A DNA stretch of 64,000 bases from the NCBI RefSeq assembly GCF_009914755.1, contig NC_060928.1; one strand, written 5' to 3'. This document shows positions 1-15,522 of this stretch, one piece after another; position 1 is the first letter of the stretch, and each line of letters begins with the position of its first letter. This stretch comes from the human T2T-CHM13v2.0 reference genome, Homo sapiens. Position numbers and translations under genes: made by a program. A model generated the notes under the pieces. That model did no database searches. It was given only the letters and a program-made list of their open reading frames with translations, and was not told the origin of the DNA.

Positions 1-182
1 ATTATGAAACCGAGGTGCAGCTGGTTAAGTCACCTGCCTGAAGAGTCAGGCAACCTGCAAAGTGACAGACCAGGACCAGACCAGGACTCCAGCCCCAATT
101 GTGCACGTGCAGAGCCTGCATCTTGACTCTAAACATTCACTGATGTAGGAAGGAATGAATAGATAGTTATTTTCAGAAGTGA

Positions 183-525
<343 letters not shown>

Positions 526-2978
526 TTCCTGTTTTGGTCTTCTAAATCCAGGACTTTGAAGTACACAGATAAGAAATACATCCCCTTTTTAAAAACTCAA
601 CTGATCTGAAAAGGAAGAAAAAAATACCTCAACTAACCTCAGATTTTTATGAATGTTGACCATTTGAGATTTTCTGCATTTTGAGTATGTATAAAAAGAA
701 AGGTGAAAAGCAACTAATCGTACAATGGAAGGAATCGGAAAGGGAATTTTATTTTTTGATTTTAAATTGTGTAAACCTTTTTAATCGACATGTAATAACT
801 GTACATATTTATGGGGTACAGAGTGATGCTTTGATACAGAAAATGTATAGTGATCAGATCAGATAATTAGCAAACCCCACATCTCAAACGCTTATCATTT
901 CAGAAAGGGAACTTTATAACATATTCTTCCTTAAGTTAAATGCCTCACGAGAGATATGCAATCAGCAATAGGGACAGGCTGCAATCTGGCAGTCCTAGCA
1001 GGCGGGATTTCCTGGGAAGCCGCCTCTATAGCAGGCAGCAGCATGCAGGAGGTTTATGAATGGGCGTCCTGAAGACAACACCAGGAGCAAGGAGAGGGAG
1101 GAGTGGGGTGGGCAAAGACGCCCAGTTTGAGTGGCCTCAGGGATACCACCATGAGAGCTCTGGGGCTGGAAGGCCCCATCACAGCTGCCCAGTGAGTCTG
1201 GGTCTATACCTCCCACACACACACACACTGAATGCAGACCCCTGGGGAGGGAGCTCGGCCTTGGGCTCTAGGCCCCTCTTCAATGCAGACAGTCCCCGAG
1301 GTGGGCTCACCAGCCCTGCCAAGGAAATGCAACCTTCAGTCCTGAAGCGGGAATCTAGGTACATCACAGTACCCACCCCAGAGCTACCTGAGCACAGAAG
1401 GAACAAGTTCCAGAAGGAGATGGAAAAAAAGCTGTTAATGGCGGTAACTTGTGGGAAGACAGACTGGGAACATTTAGGGGAAGAACATGGCTTTTCCTTT
1501 TCTGTGCTGTTTAAACTTGGAAAGTATTTGCTTTGATCACTGTTCATTATTTTTTATGCCAATGGGGGTCATCTGGGCCCTGAATGATAGGTCATTTTTG
1601 AAAGGAAAAAAGCTTCATAATAAAAGTCAATAACTTTGATTCTGCATTTGACCAAACAGTGCTTTCACCTGCTTTTCCACTAATTTCTTCTTATTCACAA
1701 CTACTCTTAGTAGTAGGTATTATCATCCTGGTTTTGAAGGGGGAAAGCTGGCAGGGGCCCAAATGGAAGACAAAGCAGGGGAGGGGGGAAGAAGTTAAGA
1801 AGTTAGGGGGTGAGGGAGAGGAGGGCAGGGGAGAGGGACCAGGGACTCAGAACCCCAAACTGCTAATCCCTACACACAACCGCGAAGCTTCCCTCACTGG
1901 ATTTGGAAGCTTCTCTTTTAAATGAAAGTTGATTATGTATTTCTAAAACATTCATATAATATATCCACATCTTGTAGCCATTATATCAGACTGGAAATAA
2001 GGACCACATTAATCTTCTTTTTTTCATTTTTTAATATTCCCCATGGCATCATTTTTGGCACATTCTAAATCTGGGAGAAATTCAGGCCACATTTGTGGAA
2101 AAAATATGTACTCTGTTTTAAAAAACTGAACAAAAACATTAAAAAATATATAATATCCTAGGAACTTAGTAAACTAACAAAAAAAGATTCCCACAATTCA
2201 AAGATGAAACCTGGATTTACAAAAAAAAAAAAAAAAAAAAGATAAAAAAAGGATTATCTGCTCCACTAGAGTGCTCTACAGAAACATAAATTCTTGTTTT
2301 CTAATTAATGATATAATTTTGAGCAATGATTCCCCCAAGGTTAATCTGAAGGAAGAACAAAAGGCAAAAACATACTTTAAAGTTCATAATTCTAATAACC
2401 AACCATGGTTTCTAAAAAAAAGGCAGGAGGAAAAGAAGGAAGGTGGGGAGGGAGTGGGGAGGAGGAAGGGACGCCACACCGTCCTCCCGGAATGCAGCCT
2501 TCCTGCTGGGGTCTCCACTGGAATAATCCCACAGCAAGGTCCAGGTTCTCGCCTTCCCTGCTTCTCTGTTCCTTACTTGTCTTCCTGCTCTGCCTCTCAA
2601 ATTTAAAAAAAAAAAAAAAAATGGGAATTGGCCCCAAGCTTTCCAGAAGAATTTCCTTTCCTGGCTGCTCCCCGTCCCACTTCTATGAGCTGGCTTTGAG
2701 GAATCCACTGACTCACTACAAATGAGAAAATCCATCTTGCAACTCCTGGCAAGTTAAAATCTTGTGCATTTCCACAGACGCAAACCACAGGCCCTGCCCG
2801 GGAATGGGAATGATTTTGTTCGCTGGCTGCTTTTGGAGCTGGGAAACCGGCAACCTTGAACACACAACACGGGCGAGTGCTCCCTGATGGCATGTGGGGG
2901 CCCCTGGCATGGTACTGCGGCTAGCTCAGGGCACCTGGCTGACAGCTGAGTGCTGCCCTTCCTGCACAGCTGATGTTA

Positions 2979-3356
<378 letters not shown>

Positions 3357-4045
3357 TCACCAAGTAACTGAATGAGAAAGGGACCTCTGCTCCTTAAGGG
3401 AAAAAACAAAAACAAAAACAAAAATAAAAAAACAATGCTAAGACTTGGGCAGTGGAAACTCAATGACAAGGTGAAGTGCCTACAAATTCTGTGTTTATAA
3501 AAACTGTTTCTAGACTGTTTCATATGGACGGGACCCCACGCTGACCCGACACTGACTCCTCACCACATTCTTGCAGGACGAGCGCCATCCTCATTCTGCA
3601 GAGTGTTCCGCCATACAGAACTCTTGCCCATGGAGGTCCCTTGCCCTCCCACGTCCGCACCTTTATGTCAAAGACCTCCCAAGGCTGCAATCTGCTTCTC
3701 CCTGCTGGCATCCCCACGTGCACAACATCTCTGACACTCAATATGCAACCAAGGGCCACCTCTCCCTTCTGGGGCATCCTTGGAACTTTGACAGAAATGT
3801 ACACCTGTCCTTCTAATGGTGCCCACCTCACTCTGTGACACACTGGCATGTATACTGCTGTGACTGACAGTTTCCCAAACACATCACCCCTCTGCCACCT
3901 CAGGGTCTCTGCATGTGCCACGCCCTCTAACAAGCTTCCTGTCCATCCACTCGCCCTCCTGCCTTTGCCTGGTAAATGCTCTCATCTTTTGGGGTTTAAC
4001 TTCCTGACACCTCCAGCAAACCCTCCCTGAATCACCAAAGCTGGG

Positions 4046-4397
4046 TGCTATGGACTGAACTGTGTCCCTCCCGGAAATTCAAGTGTTGAAGCTCTAACCA
4101 TATGACTATATGTAGAGATAGGACTTTTAGGAGGTTACTAAAGTTAAATGAGGTCCTAAGGGTGGGGTCCTAATCCCATAGGTCTGGTGGTCTTTTAAGA
4201 AGAGAGAGAGAGAGAGAGAGCTCTGTCCCCACCATGTGAGGACACAGTGAGGACTTAGCCATCTAAAAGCCAGGAAGAGGCCTCGCCAGAACCCAACCGT
4301 GCTGGCAGTCTAACCTGGACTCCCGGACTGACGAGCTTCTGCTGTGGAAGCCCCCCAGTGGTGGCATTTGTCACTGCGGCATGAGCAGACTAATACA
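4046..4397 (+). mobile_element. MaLR solo LTR (MLT1A/B-like)
   Basis: TGCTATGGACTGAA...CAGACTAATACA termini; 5-bp flanks ctggg/ctagg resemble a TSD; internal (GA)n. Confidence 0.8.
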
Positions 4398-5057
4398 CTA
4401 GGTCAAATGCCCTTCCTCTGAGCCTCCACACGGCCCAACACAGAGCGGATCGCAGCACACCTCAACACTGGCCCCCACTGCAGGCTGTAAGCCCCCTGAA
4501 GAAAAGGAGACCATCTCGTTGGCGGTGATCTCCCCGGCACCTAACAAAGTACCTGGCACAGGGCAAGTGCCCAAATAACTGTAGAAGGAAGCGCGTTAAA
4601 TGTCTTTAAATTAAACTGGCAAAGCCCTTGGAAGGGCCAATGGCGTAGTAAAAGGTCTTCCTAAATACCAGCGCCCGTCATTCCTCTCATTACTTTCAGC
4701 TGCGCTGGATGATAAGCTCCCTGAGACAGGATCTGATTCATCTCCAAATTCCCCTCAGCCCCCAGAATCATCTGGAACACGTTTCTTTTTCAAAACATAC
4801 TTAAGGGATGAACACCTAAATGATAGATGAATGAGAGATAAGGAGAACAATGGCCAATGCGGTTGCAATACTGTGCAAAATGGCAGAGTCTGCACAGAAG
4901 AGAACTCATATTTTTACTTGCTGGAAACTGGAGTTTAAGTTGTACTCAGTAATCATGTTTGCCTTATAATTTCCTTGCAAAGATTCAATACTAGCAGGGA
5001 GGAACAGAAAGATTTAGAGTTTAAGTTGAATTTTCAACAATGAAAAGTTGTCCAGGA

Positions 5058-5353
<296 letters not shown>

Positions 5354-7045
5354 TTAAGTCCAGGAAGGATTTTAGGCAAAAGCTAAGGAGATTGAAGAGG
5401 TAACTTTGGCAATGGCACTAGGAATGGGCTGAAGAAGGGACGAGGTAAGAGACAGGAGCAGCTCAGAGGCCACGAGGGATGCAATGAGGGGCTGACTCAA
5501 AGGTGAGAGGCGAACAGAACACCCTGGTCTGGGTCACAGGTCTCTGCCCCGCTTCTGCCCCTGCTTCACATCACCCTCCGCCCACAGGTGGGTCGTTCTC
5601 ACTGGCTCCACATCCCCCTCCAACACACCCCACACACCCATCAGCACCTACACTCACCAAGCACCCCCTGCTTCACAGGGCAGCCACAGGGGGTTACTTA
5701 CATTTCAATTTTCATTCAAGTCCCACATGTCAACTGGATACCGGGGCCCAGAGGAAAAACACTCCCCCTGCTGCCAAAGCTCTGCTGGACGGCACAGGGG
5801 TGGGGGGGGCAAGATCTTTACAATCTAGGGCAAAATGCAAGCTGTCATGGAGCCGGGCACGAGGGGGCAGCATATGCAGGGGCACAGGGAAGACAGCACA
5901 GAAGATGTCACTTTAGAGCCAGGCCTTGAGACAAGCTATTGCCAACCAAAGGAAAAAGTCTGAGAAGGAGAAACGCGATGAGCGAAAGCACTGACAAGCA
6001 TCAAATGCTGCCAAGGCACAGGGGGTCCTTTCAGCTTCTGGACAGGACGTGAGCGAGGCCACAAAACGACGTCCGTGGTTACGCTTGGCTGTGCTAGGAA
6101 GGAGCAGGGGGCTTCAGGGACTGACAGTGTTCTACCCTTGACTTGAATGGTGGTTACACAGATGGCTTCTTTATGATAAATCACTGAGCATATACTCATA
6201 TTTTATGCACTTTCTGGTAAATGTATTTTACAACAAGAGGGTTTTTAAAACAGTAAGCGTGGCTAGAACAAGGGTATGTGGAAGGAAACGATGGAATATG
6301 GAACGAGAAGATGGGCAGAGGCCAGACCGCAGATCGCGTGCTGTGCTACGATCCAACGTAAACTGAGGGGTTCTGGAGGGGCCATGGACATCATCCTAGC
6401 TTTATTTCAGAAAGATGATTCTCATAGCGGCCTGGAGGACCACACAGCCCTCAGGGCTCGGCCCACTTGCTGGAACATCAAGTTCAGTAAATAATGAAGT
6501 AAAGATTTAATGAGTCAGTTAGTTATAAATGGGAAAACTACCTTTAATTTCACTCATTCCACAAATATGTTGTGAGCTCTACTCTATGCCAGGCACTTTT
6601 TAAAAACTATCTATATTTACACAGCAGGTGCTAGGATAAAGCCATGAAAAGCCGGGCCTGCTCCAAATTTACAAAGGTTTCTCACATCCACCATCTCACC
6701 GGACCTCCCAGCCACTTGGAGATGGGGCACATAAGACATTAGTCTTATTCAGAGAAAAGGAAGAATGAGTCTCGAAGACTACGAGATTCATCCAGGAGCA
6801 TAGGCTTGGTGAATGACAGGACTGAAACATGAACCCGTGCCTTTGTATTTTAAACGGAAAAAGTAAACTATGTTCTAGTAGCCCTTTCATCCTTGGGAAT
6901 GAGTTGAGGTCTACAGTTATGAAAAAGACAATTAAGTTCATTGTCTTGCCTTCTTCTAAGAGTGTAGAAATGACATTTTTAGAAAAACCAGCCAACTTAG
7001 CAGCAAACAAGGAACAGCCAGAAGTCACCGAGCACAAAGGATAAT

Positions 7046-7459
7046 GAACTCTCCAGAAAGTATGCTTAGCAATGACCCAAACAAGAGAACTCTCTGGAAA
7101 GTATGCTTAGCCGTGTCCCAATCAAGAGAACTCTCCAGAAAGTATGCTTAGCGATGACCCAATCAAGAGAACTCTCCAGAAAGTATGCTTAGCAATGACC
7201 CAATCAAGAGAACTCTCCGGAAAGTATGCTTAGTGATGGTCCAATCAAGAGAACTCTCCAGAAAGTATGCTTAGCAGTGTCCCTAATCAAGAGAACTCTC
7301 CGGAAAGTATGCTTAGCAGTGTCCCAATCAAGAGAACTCTCCGGAAAGTATGCTTAGCAATGACCCAATCAAGAGAACTCTCCGGAAAGTATGCTTAGCG
7401 ATGACCCAATCAAAAGAACTCTCTGGAAAGTATGCTTAGTGATGACCCAATCAAGAGAA
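7046..7459. repeat. Minisatellite, 41-bp unit (AAGAGAACTCTCCRGAAAGTATGCTTAGCAATGACCCAATC), ~10 copies
   Basis: GAACTCTC recurs at 7046, 7087, 7128 and onward with period 41. Confidence 0.97.
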
Positions 7460-7856
7460 GAGACTCTTGCTCAGGATATCACTTGGTAGCTCCACCAGCC
7501 AGAGCTGTGGTCTAGGACTTTGAGAAGTTCACCGTCTGGAGGCCTGGGGTTTTGGATTACATTAAGAGGTCATAAACGTTTTGTGAAAAATTATGAACAA
7601 CTCAGAAATGGGGAGCAGGGAAAAGAATTCCTGATTGCCTTCTAGTCTTGTAGTAAGTGGTACAGGTATTCACAGAGAGAGGAACAGGAAGGTTCTATTT
7701 CAGGGGTACTCGGGGTGGGGCATTGATTAGATACCATCAGGCCCGACCCATTCAGATGTCTACACTTTGTGTAGAGTAAGGCAGCAGACCAAAGGGCCAA
7801 CAACAGAACCGTGTGAACTCTGTTGAAAGGACGTTGTTGATTAGGAAATGCTCTTT

Positions 7857-8708
7857 GTATCAGTCAGGACTCTCTAGGGAAACAGAAGCCATAGGAGATT
7901 GACAGATTAGATACATGGATGGATAGACAGATGCTCAGGCAGACAGATGGATCGATGTATGGATGGATGGACAGGTGGATGGGTGAGTGGGTGGACGGAA
8001 GGAGGGAGGGAAGGAAAGAAGGAAGGAAGGAAGGAAGGAAGGAAGGGAGTGAGTGAGGGAGTGAACAGGTAGATGGGTAAGTGGGAGGGAGGGAGGGAGG
8101 GAGGAAGGAAGGAAGGAAGCAAGGGAGGGAGGGAGGGAGGGAGGGACGGATGGAGGGAGGAAGGGAGGGAGGGAAGGAAGGGAGGTGATTTATTAGGGGG
8201 GATGGCTCATGCTATTATGGAGACTGAGAAATCTCACAAAAAGCTGTCTACCACCTGGAGACCCTGGGATGCGCAAAGCGTGGCTCAGTCCGAGTCCAAA
8301 AGCCTCAGCACCAGGGAGGCAGATGGTGAAACTCTCCGTCTGAGAGGGAGGTCTGAGAATCCAGGAGGTGGGGAAGTGCGGGAGGGCAGTGGTGCTGGTA
8401 TAAGTCCTGGGGTCCCAAGGCCGGGATGCCTGAAGTTCTAACGTCCAAGGGAGAAAGAAGTCTCCCAGCTCACGGAAAAGAGAGGCCCACGTGCCTCTCC
8501 TCTGTTTCTGTTCTCTCTGGGCCTCCAGCCTATCGGATGGTACTGCCTACACTGAGGGTGGGTCTTCCCCGTGTGGACCACTCAGACCCACATGCCAGTG
8601 TCCAGTGTCCTCTGGAAACACCTCACAGATACACCCAAAAATAATGCTTCACCAGTTCCCTAGGTCCCCCTCATCTAGTCAACTTCACACCTCAAATTCA
8701 CCACCACA
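7857..8708 (-). mobile_element. ERVL LTR (MLT2-like)
   Basis: tgtatcagtcaggactctctagggaaacagaagccatagga...aaattcaccaccaca resembles the reverse MLT2 consensus. Confidence 0.75.
7915..8184. repeat. (GGAT)n/(GGAA)n/(GGGA)n simple repeat inside an MLT2-type LTR
   Basis: Visible purine-rich tetranucleotide tract. Confidence 0.9.
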
Positions 8709-10435
8709 CTCTTCTTCACCAGAAACTAGTTTCATGGGCAGGAATTGCTATCATAGTGTCATTCTGATGAAATTAAGGAACACTCCAGTAAACTACTATT
8801 TTTAACTGTAAAATGTTTATTCCAGAAAAAAACTGCATAAAAGCAACGGCAATACCACACACACTGCACATCAGGCACATCAGAGCCAGCAACGGTGCCC
8901 TGAGAAGGCGGTTAGGGCGTCACGACTTTCCAAGGGGCCATGCCTTCTCTCCACCCAAATGACACAAGAATCTATCTTTAAAAGGCACAGGAACCACAGA
9001 CAAAGGTTAAGTGACAAGCAAGTGTTCTCAAGGGGACTGGAGCGCCACGCAGACCCTGCCTTTTCGTTTCAATGCACTGGCTTTGCTGAGGCCATAAGCA
9101 GGAGACCCACCAGGCGTCTCTCTTGGTTTCTGACCTCACTTTTCAGAGGGAGGGGAGAGTGAGAGGCTGGCAGAAAACACGGCTCCTCTAGGGCAGGAGC
9201 TGTGGCCCTCATTTCTCTTGGAGTTCTAGTTCTGGGCACAAGGCTGAGCAAGCACAATATTAGATGTTTCACAATTAAAAAAAAAACTTGAAATTCAGCA
9301 TAGAAAAATCAACAAAGGAAAGGAGTGGAAAAAGCACAGCCTTCATCTACTCAGTAAGTGTTTATTGAGCACATATTACCTGCCAGATGCAAAACAGACA
9401 AAAGCCTTGGCCCTCTTTGTTCTCACACTCGGGTGAGGGGGAAAGAGATGACAAACGGCCTATTGGAGAGTAGGGATGTGTCCAAGTAACACAATGATGA
9501 AGTATGGCTACTTTCTGGAGCTGCTCTTTCAGGTCTCAATGTCATTTCATAAGAATGATGATGGTGCTTTGCAGCTGTGTCTAGCGTTTTCAGACTCACA
9601 AAGGGCTTTCCCCTCGATCCTTCCAGCTGCCCCACACAACTCTGTGGAAGGCAAGGCATTTGGAGTGCAGAGAAAGGTTCTCCATCTCACATCCTCACTT
9701 TGGCAATATCATTCAACACTTTTCTACTTGCGATTCTTACAGGATCAAAATACAAGAGCTACAAAATACAAAATGCAAGAGGGTCACAAAGTTTTGAACA
9801 CTGACTCTCCTTCTGCATCACAGATTCTCCACTCTTTCATGCTGCTGTGACCATGTAAAAGGGGCTGGGGATGGGGGGTGGAGGGCAGTGAGCAGGGGAG
9901 GAACACGTGGTAGGTAAAGGGACGAGGAGAGAAGCCCTCAGACGAACTTTGGCTTTAACTTTTGAGTGGGATGGGATGCCACGAGAAGGTTGTGAATAGA
10001 GCAGAGATCTGACTTATGTTTGAAAATGGCCAGTCTAAGTCCGAGATCTCACTCTAGAGAAATATAGTAAGTCATTGAACTTATTTGAGACTCAGTGTCT
10101 TTAAGATAATCTTGTCTCTCTGAGAGTTACTATGAGGATAAAATGAAGGACACAAGATAGCTCCCTGTGAACCTGAAACTCTAGAAGCAGGTGTAACTAC
10201 CTGTGCACATGACCATCCAACATCGGGGCCTGAGGAAGTGAGTGCTCATCTCCAAACACCAGCAGCATTACATAATGTATTTCGTTTACACACACACCCA
10301 CACCCCATAACATCAGAAATGCCATTTCAACCAATCCCCCTGGAGGAGGGAGAGGGAAGAGGGCAAAACAGAGGAATTAGAAAGCTGAAAATAAAACTGA
10401 AATCTGTGTCTGAAACCAAAACAGCCAATGAGCGT

Positions 10436-13400
10436 TGTAGTGAGTTTATGCTATGTCACCGTAGCTAACTGGAACGCCACTTCCATTGCTCTGCATGGTC
10501 TGGCTACAGGAGAAACTGAGGAACCTGGAAGGAGAGAAGGAAACAGCAGGCCCATCTCCGAGGCCAGCACAGGGCGCCAGGCCCTGCAGAAGCTGTGGCA
10601 TGTTGCGCACCCTGCTGGTGTGGGGCAGCCATGGGCTCAGGTCCCCCAGCTGCTTGCTGCAGGCTCTCCCGCTTCGGTGTTTTGTACAACTCCAGAGCCA
10701 AGGGCATCCGCATCTTGTGCGGGTCACTTGTGTCACTGAGTCTGGAGGAAGTCATAGATGAGTTGCAGTTTGACCTCATGGATTATCGTTTACCCTTGAC
10801 CTCCTGCGCTTCACGGCCAGCTTTCCTTCCAGGTGGCAGGTCCTACCAGGTGCTCAGGCCACAGCCAACCACTGACTTCAACAGCTCCCGCAAGTGTGCA
10901 CGGCTAATCTAGAATAAGTCTTCTATCCCCATTGTAATTTCTGCTGTTCTGATGAAACCCTCACTGCTCCGCAGGTTGGTATGGACACTCTGGCAGGCTC
11001 ACCCAGGCAAGGCGAGGGTGGACCTCTGGGAGTTTGGAGCACGGCTACACCATCCTTTAGAGAGAACCATCTTACTTCTGAGGAACTACTTTCAGCTAGT
11101 GAAGCCCTGGCAGAGACGTAATGCTTCACCATGAGACACCAAGAGAAGAGGAAACCTGAGCCGCCCTGCATGGCCCACAGTCTCTCTGACCCATGAAGGG
11201 GCACTCCATCCTCAAGTCAAAGCGGGTGTGTGACAGCAGGCTCCATCCACTCCAGAAGATGTGAGCGAGCAAGCAGCCCTTAGTCCTGTGCGCTGCCTCT
11301 TCCCTCAACAACCATTCATGAACACTGCCTAATGGTTTGGTTGGATGATCGACAATGGAGAGGAATATGATTAAAAAACAGGTAACAAACAACTGGTCTG
11401 CAGAAGATGCTGTCAACAGACCTTCACAAATGGGCACATGATGTAAACAGACCTCAGCAGAAGAGGATCTTGATACTCGGGTAAATACCACGACCCACTG
11501 TAGCTGCATCAGTCATCCTCATTCCCCAGACTTCTTGTCCAAATGGGCTCACGTATATGTGGACATGATGGCAGGAATAGAGGTTATGCATGAACTCAGC
11601 AACACGGACTTCACTCATGGAAAATCCGACTCCAGGTACTTCCGAGTACCCTACCTGCCAACAGCAGACGGCAACATCAACCTCCTTACCCCATCCCCAC
11701 GCCCTGACACCATCCCTGGGATATCAGCTGGCACCTAATGGCAGGTTGTTATCACTGGTCCACTTCCATCATGAAGAGATCATTAAAATAAATTTGCCTT
11801 CTAGGTCCACAGGGCCTTAAAGAATGTCCTGTTCTCCATGATGGGATCCCCACACCATTGCTTCTGACCAGGGAACTCATTTACAGCAAATCAAGTACAC
11901 AATAATGGGTCTGTGCTCAGGAAATTCACTGATCTTGCCACAGACTCCAGCACGCTGAAGTCACTTACCCAATAGGTCAAAATAATTTTTTTTGAATATC
12001 CAATTATAGTGCCAGCCAACTGGTGATACCTTGTAGGCTTGGGGGCAAGAGACTTCAGAGTATCTTCTGGCACTATATGTTCTGACTTGGTGGTACTGTT
12101 TCTCCCACAGCCCAGATTCACAGCCCAAGAATCAAGGGGTGAAACGAGAGGAGCCTCCTCCCACTATTACCCCCAGTGACCCACTAACAAAATGCTTGCT
12201 TTCCTTCCCTAAAATGCTGGACTGCACTGGTCTAAGGGCAAGATATGGCAATGGTTTCATTAAACTGGAAGCAGAAGCTGCCACCTGGCCACACTGGGCT
12301 CCTCGTGTCAGTAACAGGCAAAGAAGTGGCTCCTGCAGTGGCTGAGGTGACGGACCCCAATTGTGAGGAAGCCACTACCCCACAGTGGGAGTAAGGAAGA
12401 ACACGCAGGGGACCTGGAAGACCCCCTGAGTGCCCCTCTGTGTTCTCACACCCTCTGATTAAAGTTAATGAAAAGTCATGACCATCCAATACAGAAGTGC
12501 TACTGAAGGTCCAGACCTTTCAAGAAAGGAAGCTGAATCACCCACCAAGAAAAAACCACGACCAACCAAGGGGTTTGCTGGGGGCACCGGGAATACAAAA
12601 GGGGCAGTAGATGGAGGTGGTAAATTCTAGCCATGAACACTGACCAGGTGTGGAGACGGAACCTGTTACAGGCTTTTCTTCCTTGTTTTGATAAGAATAT
12701 AACTGTGTACACAGAAACGAATTCTTCTTCCCCCTCTCCCAGGCCCCCACCATCTCACATAAGAAGGGCTAACAGGAGTCAACCTTGTATGAATATCTCG
12801 GAATTTAGGTTACAGGCTCTAGAAGAGAATGGATGTGACCCAAATGTTGGACAAAGGGGCTCTGTCTCCTCTGCGGGGAGTTGGGGAATTTCCCGTCACC
12901 CGGGCAATGGTGAATCACGTTAGGCTCAAGCGTGCGCTGCTCGTCTCTACTTGGAAACTCAGTGTGGCTAGAAGAGGTATGCATGGGTGCCAAGGTGACC
13001 AAAGATAAACTGTGGTAGTTTTCTACTGTATCAGCCTAGCAAGGCTGGAATCACACTTCCCAAAATTCCCTTTCTTAGATGATTCTGGGCTAGGGTGGCC
13101 CTGAGAGAAATCTGGGAGTGATAGGGCAGAGGGGAGCAGTGGCCCCAGACTCTGCATGGGTGCCAAGTTGACCAAAGATAAACTGTGGTAGTTTTCTACT
13201 GTATCAGCCTAGCAAGACTGGAATCACACTTCCCAAAATTCCCTTTCTTAGATGATTCTGGGCTAGGGTGGCCCTGAGAGAAATCTGGGAGTGATAGGGC
13301 AGAGGGGAGCAGTGGCCCCAGACTCTGCAGGTGGACGCGGGGACAGGGACTGCCGCAGCTCACGTGGGCTGTTGCTGGTCACCTGTGCCATCAGGAGAGA

Positions 13401-13610
13401 CGCAGGCTCCCGTCTGTCTGTCCCTCCTCTTCCCCAGTCCTCATCCAGCTTTCTTCCCGGCTGCCGGCCCGACCAGACACAGCAGAAACTGCCCGTGCTT
13501 CTTCCAGGGAAGAAGTTCTCACAACTGCACACGCCCTCAATTCCTTCAATAAACTCTTCCCTCCATGACATTCAAAATGCTTTGGCTTCTCCGATAAGAC
13601 CATAACCCAC
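10436..13610 (+). mobile_element. Decayed ERVL-class provirus relic: LTR33/LTR41-like LTRs (~10436-10965, ~13011-13610) flanking internal sequence
   Basis: Similar LTR starts (tgtagtgagtttatgctatgtca...ctggaac and tgtggtagttttctactgtatca...ctggaatcacacttcccaaaattccc); ERVL-int-like text (cttctgaccagggaactcatttacagcaaa); AATAAA near 13548. Confidence 0.55.
12980..13329. repeat. 173-bp tandem duplication (2 copies)
   Basis: 12980-13152 is repeated at 13153-13325 with two substitutions seen; TGCA at 12980, 13153 and 13326. Confidence 0.95.
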
Positions 13611-15285
13611 GCAGGTTTCACAAAACCATCTCAAAGTTCGTATCTAACTGAAGGTGGTACAATCCTTAACTGAGCTGACAAGTCAACCCATGGCTGTTGC
13701 TCTTCAAGGGAGGGGCGGCTGTGTCCTGGGGCCATCAACTGAGAGTCCCACGGCAGACGTGTGATTGGAGAAGCCACTGTGCGCCATCACTGCTGTCTCC
13801 TCATTCCCCAGGCGTGAGTTCCTCAGTCACCTCTTCTTCTGGAGTCAGCGGCTAAGGAACAGCCCCACTGAAGGGGCCGTGACCTGCCAGCTACGTGCAG
13901 CTCCTCAGAATAAAAATGACCAACAGCCCCCAAAATCAAACAATCACTCTGTTTCCAGCCTTGAAAGTACACTGCAGGGGAAGGGCCAGAGACAAACGTT
14001 CCAAATGCTAGAAAATACCCTCAATAAGAAAACATACTTGTCTTTACTCACTGCCATTAAAAATAAAGGAACCCAATGACGTTCTGAGTTATATCGAGGC
14101 ATTTAATTTGTTTTCTAATTAATCTACTGTCTTCTTAAAGAGTTGGTAAATTATTCTCAAAATCGAAAAATCCATGACCACCTTATCAGAACTATCCCTT
14201 TTCTCATCCAGAGCACAACTAAGTATTGACATTTGGCCCAGTCTGTGCCCCGACTGCTCCAGAAGCTGAGGAGACAGGCAAGCGGGAGCAGCTGGCACCC
14301 TCAGGGGCACGCAGTCCAGCTGGCCTGGCTTCTCCACAGCCCTTCTCCACACTCAGAGAAGCATGCCAACGGGGGAATCTCCCATAACAACCTCCTTCCA
14401 ATCATCAAGACGGATCCTGCTTTGGTGGAATAGCCGCGCTCGTAGACTGCCAAGGAGAGAAAGATCTGAAATGCAAAGTCTCTATGTGGCAGGTAACAGT
14501 ATAACAACTTTGGGGAAAGGGAGAGCATTTTCCTTAGGAGACAGCGAAGGCCGGAGACCACGCAAAGAAGATCAATGCACCAGGAGCCTCCTGAGTACAG
14601 TCAGCAACTGCTCTGTCACTATCCACTTATCTACCTTTCTTTTTAAAAAAAGCAAGCTGGATTCCATTAGTTGACATACATTCAGGTATTCAACTTTCTT
14701 ATGAGATGGTAGCCCCCCGCCTGACAGATACTGAAAGGAGACATAGAGCCACCAATTCAGAAATGAATTCCGGAGACTCAACATCATGTCATGCTTCATC
14801 CGCACTTGAAGCTGGGTAGTAACAAACAGGTACTTCTGAGTGCTACCAGCAGGCCACTAACTGGGGCCAGGAGAACCAGAACTTAGGCAAAAATCATCTA
14901 ATAGAACCTGTACCCCCAAAAAAGAAAAAACCAAAAGTCTATGACAGAGACGCCTGTTTGTGCTGTACCCAATTATTTCTGGCCCAACAGCCAACCTGGT
15001 GGAAACTGCTTTAATCGTGGCAGAATGGGTGCAGCCCAAGAGCATCAAAGACTAAGGAAGTGGGGGCTGTAGCACGCACCCAAAAAATATACCACAAAGA
15101 GCCATTTCTCTTCCGCACTGCTGATACCTGTTGCCACAGCAATAAGCTTTCACTACCTCTGAGTCACAAGGAAGACAGCAATCGGAAGAGAGGCTTGTGT
15201 GTGAGGCACTCGGTGTCCTTCTCAAAACCTTTCCTGTACTGACAATCTCTTTGGGTTCAAAAAGTACTTGGCCCACAGTGTTTTA

Positions 15286-15522
<237 letters not shown>

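Noticed and set aside
7046-7459. CRISPR-like array
   Set aside because: Units are head-to-tail with no unique spacers, the context is eukaryotic, and there are no cas genes.
8021-8044. GGAA microsatellite as an EWSR1-FLI1 enhancer
   Set aside because: Only about 6 consecutive GGAA units, a common expansion within MLT2 LTRs.
11126-12760. Possible retroviral pol/integrase CDS
   Set aside because: ERVL-like DNA with only short broken ORFs and no intact catalytic motifs visible.
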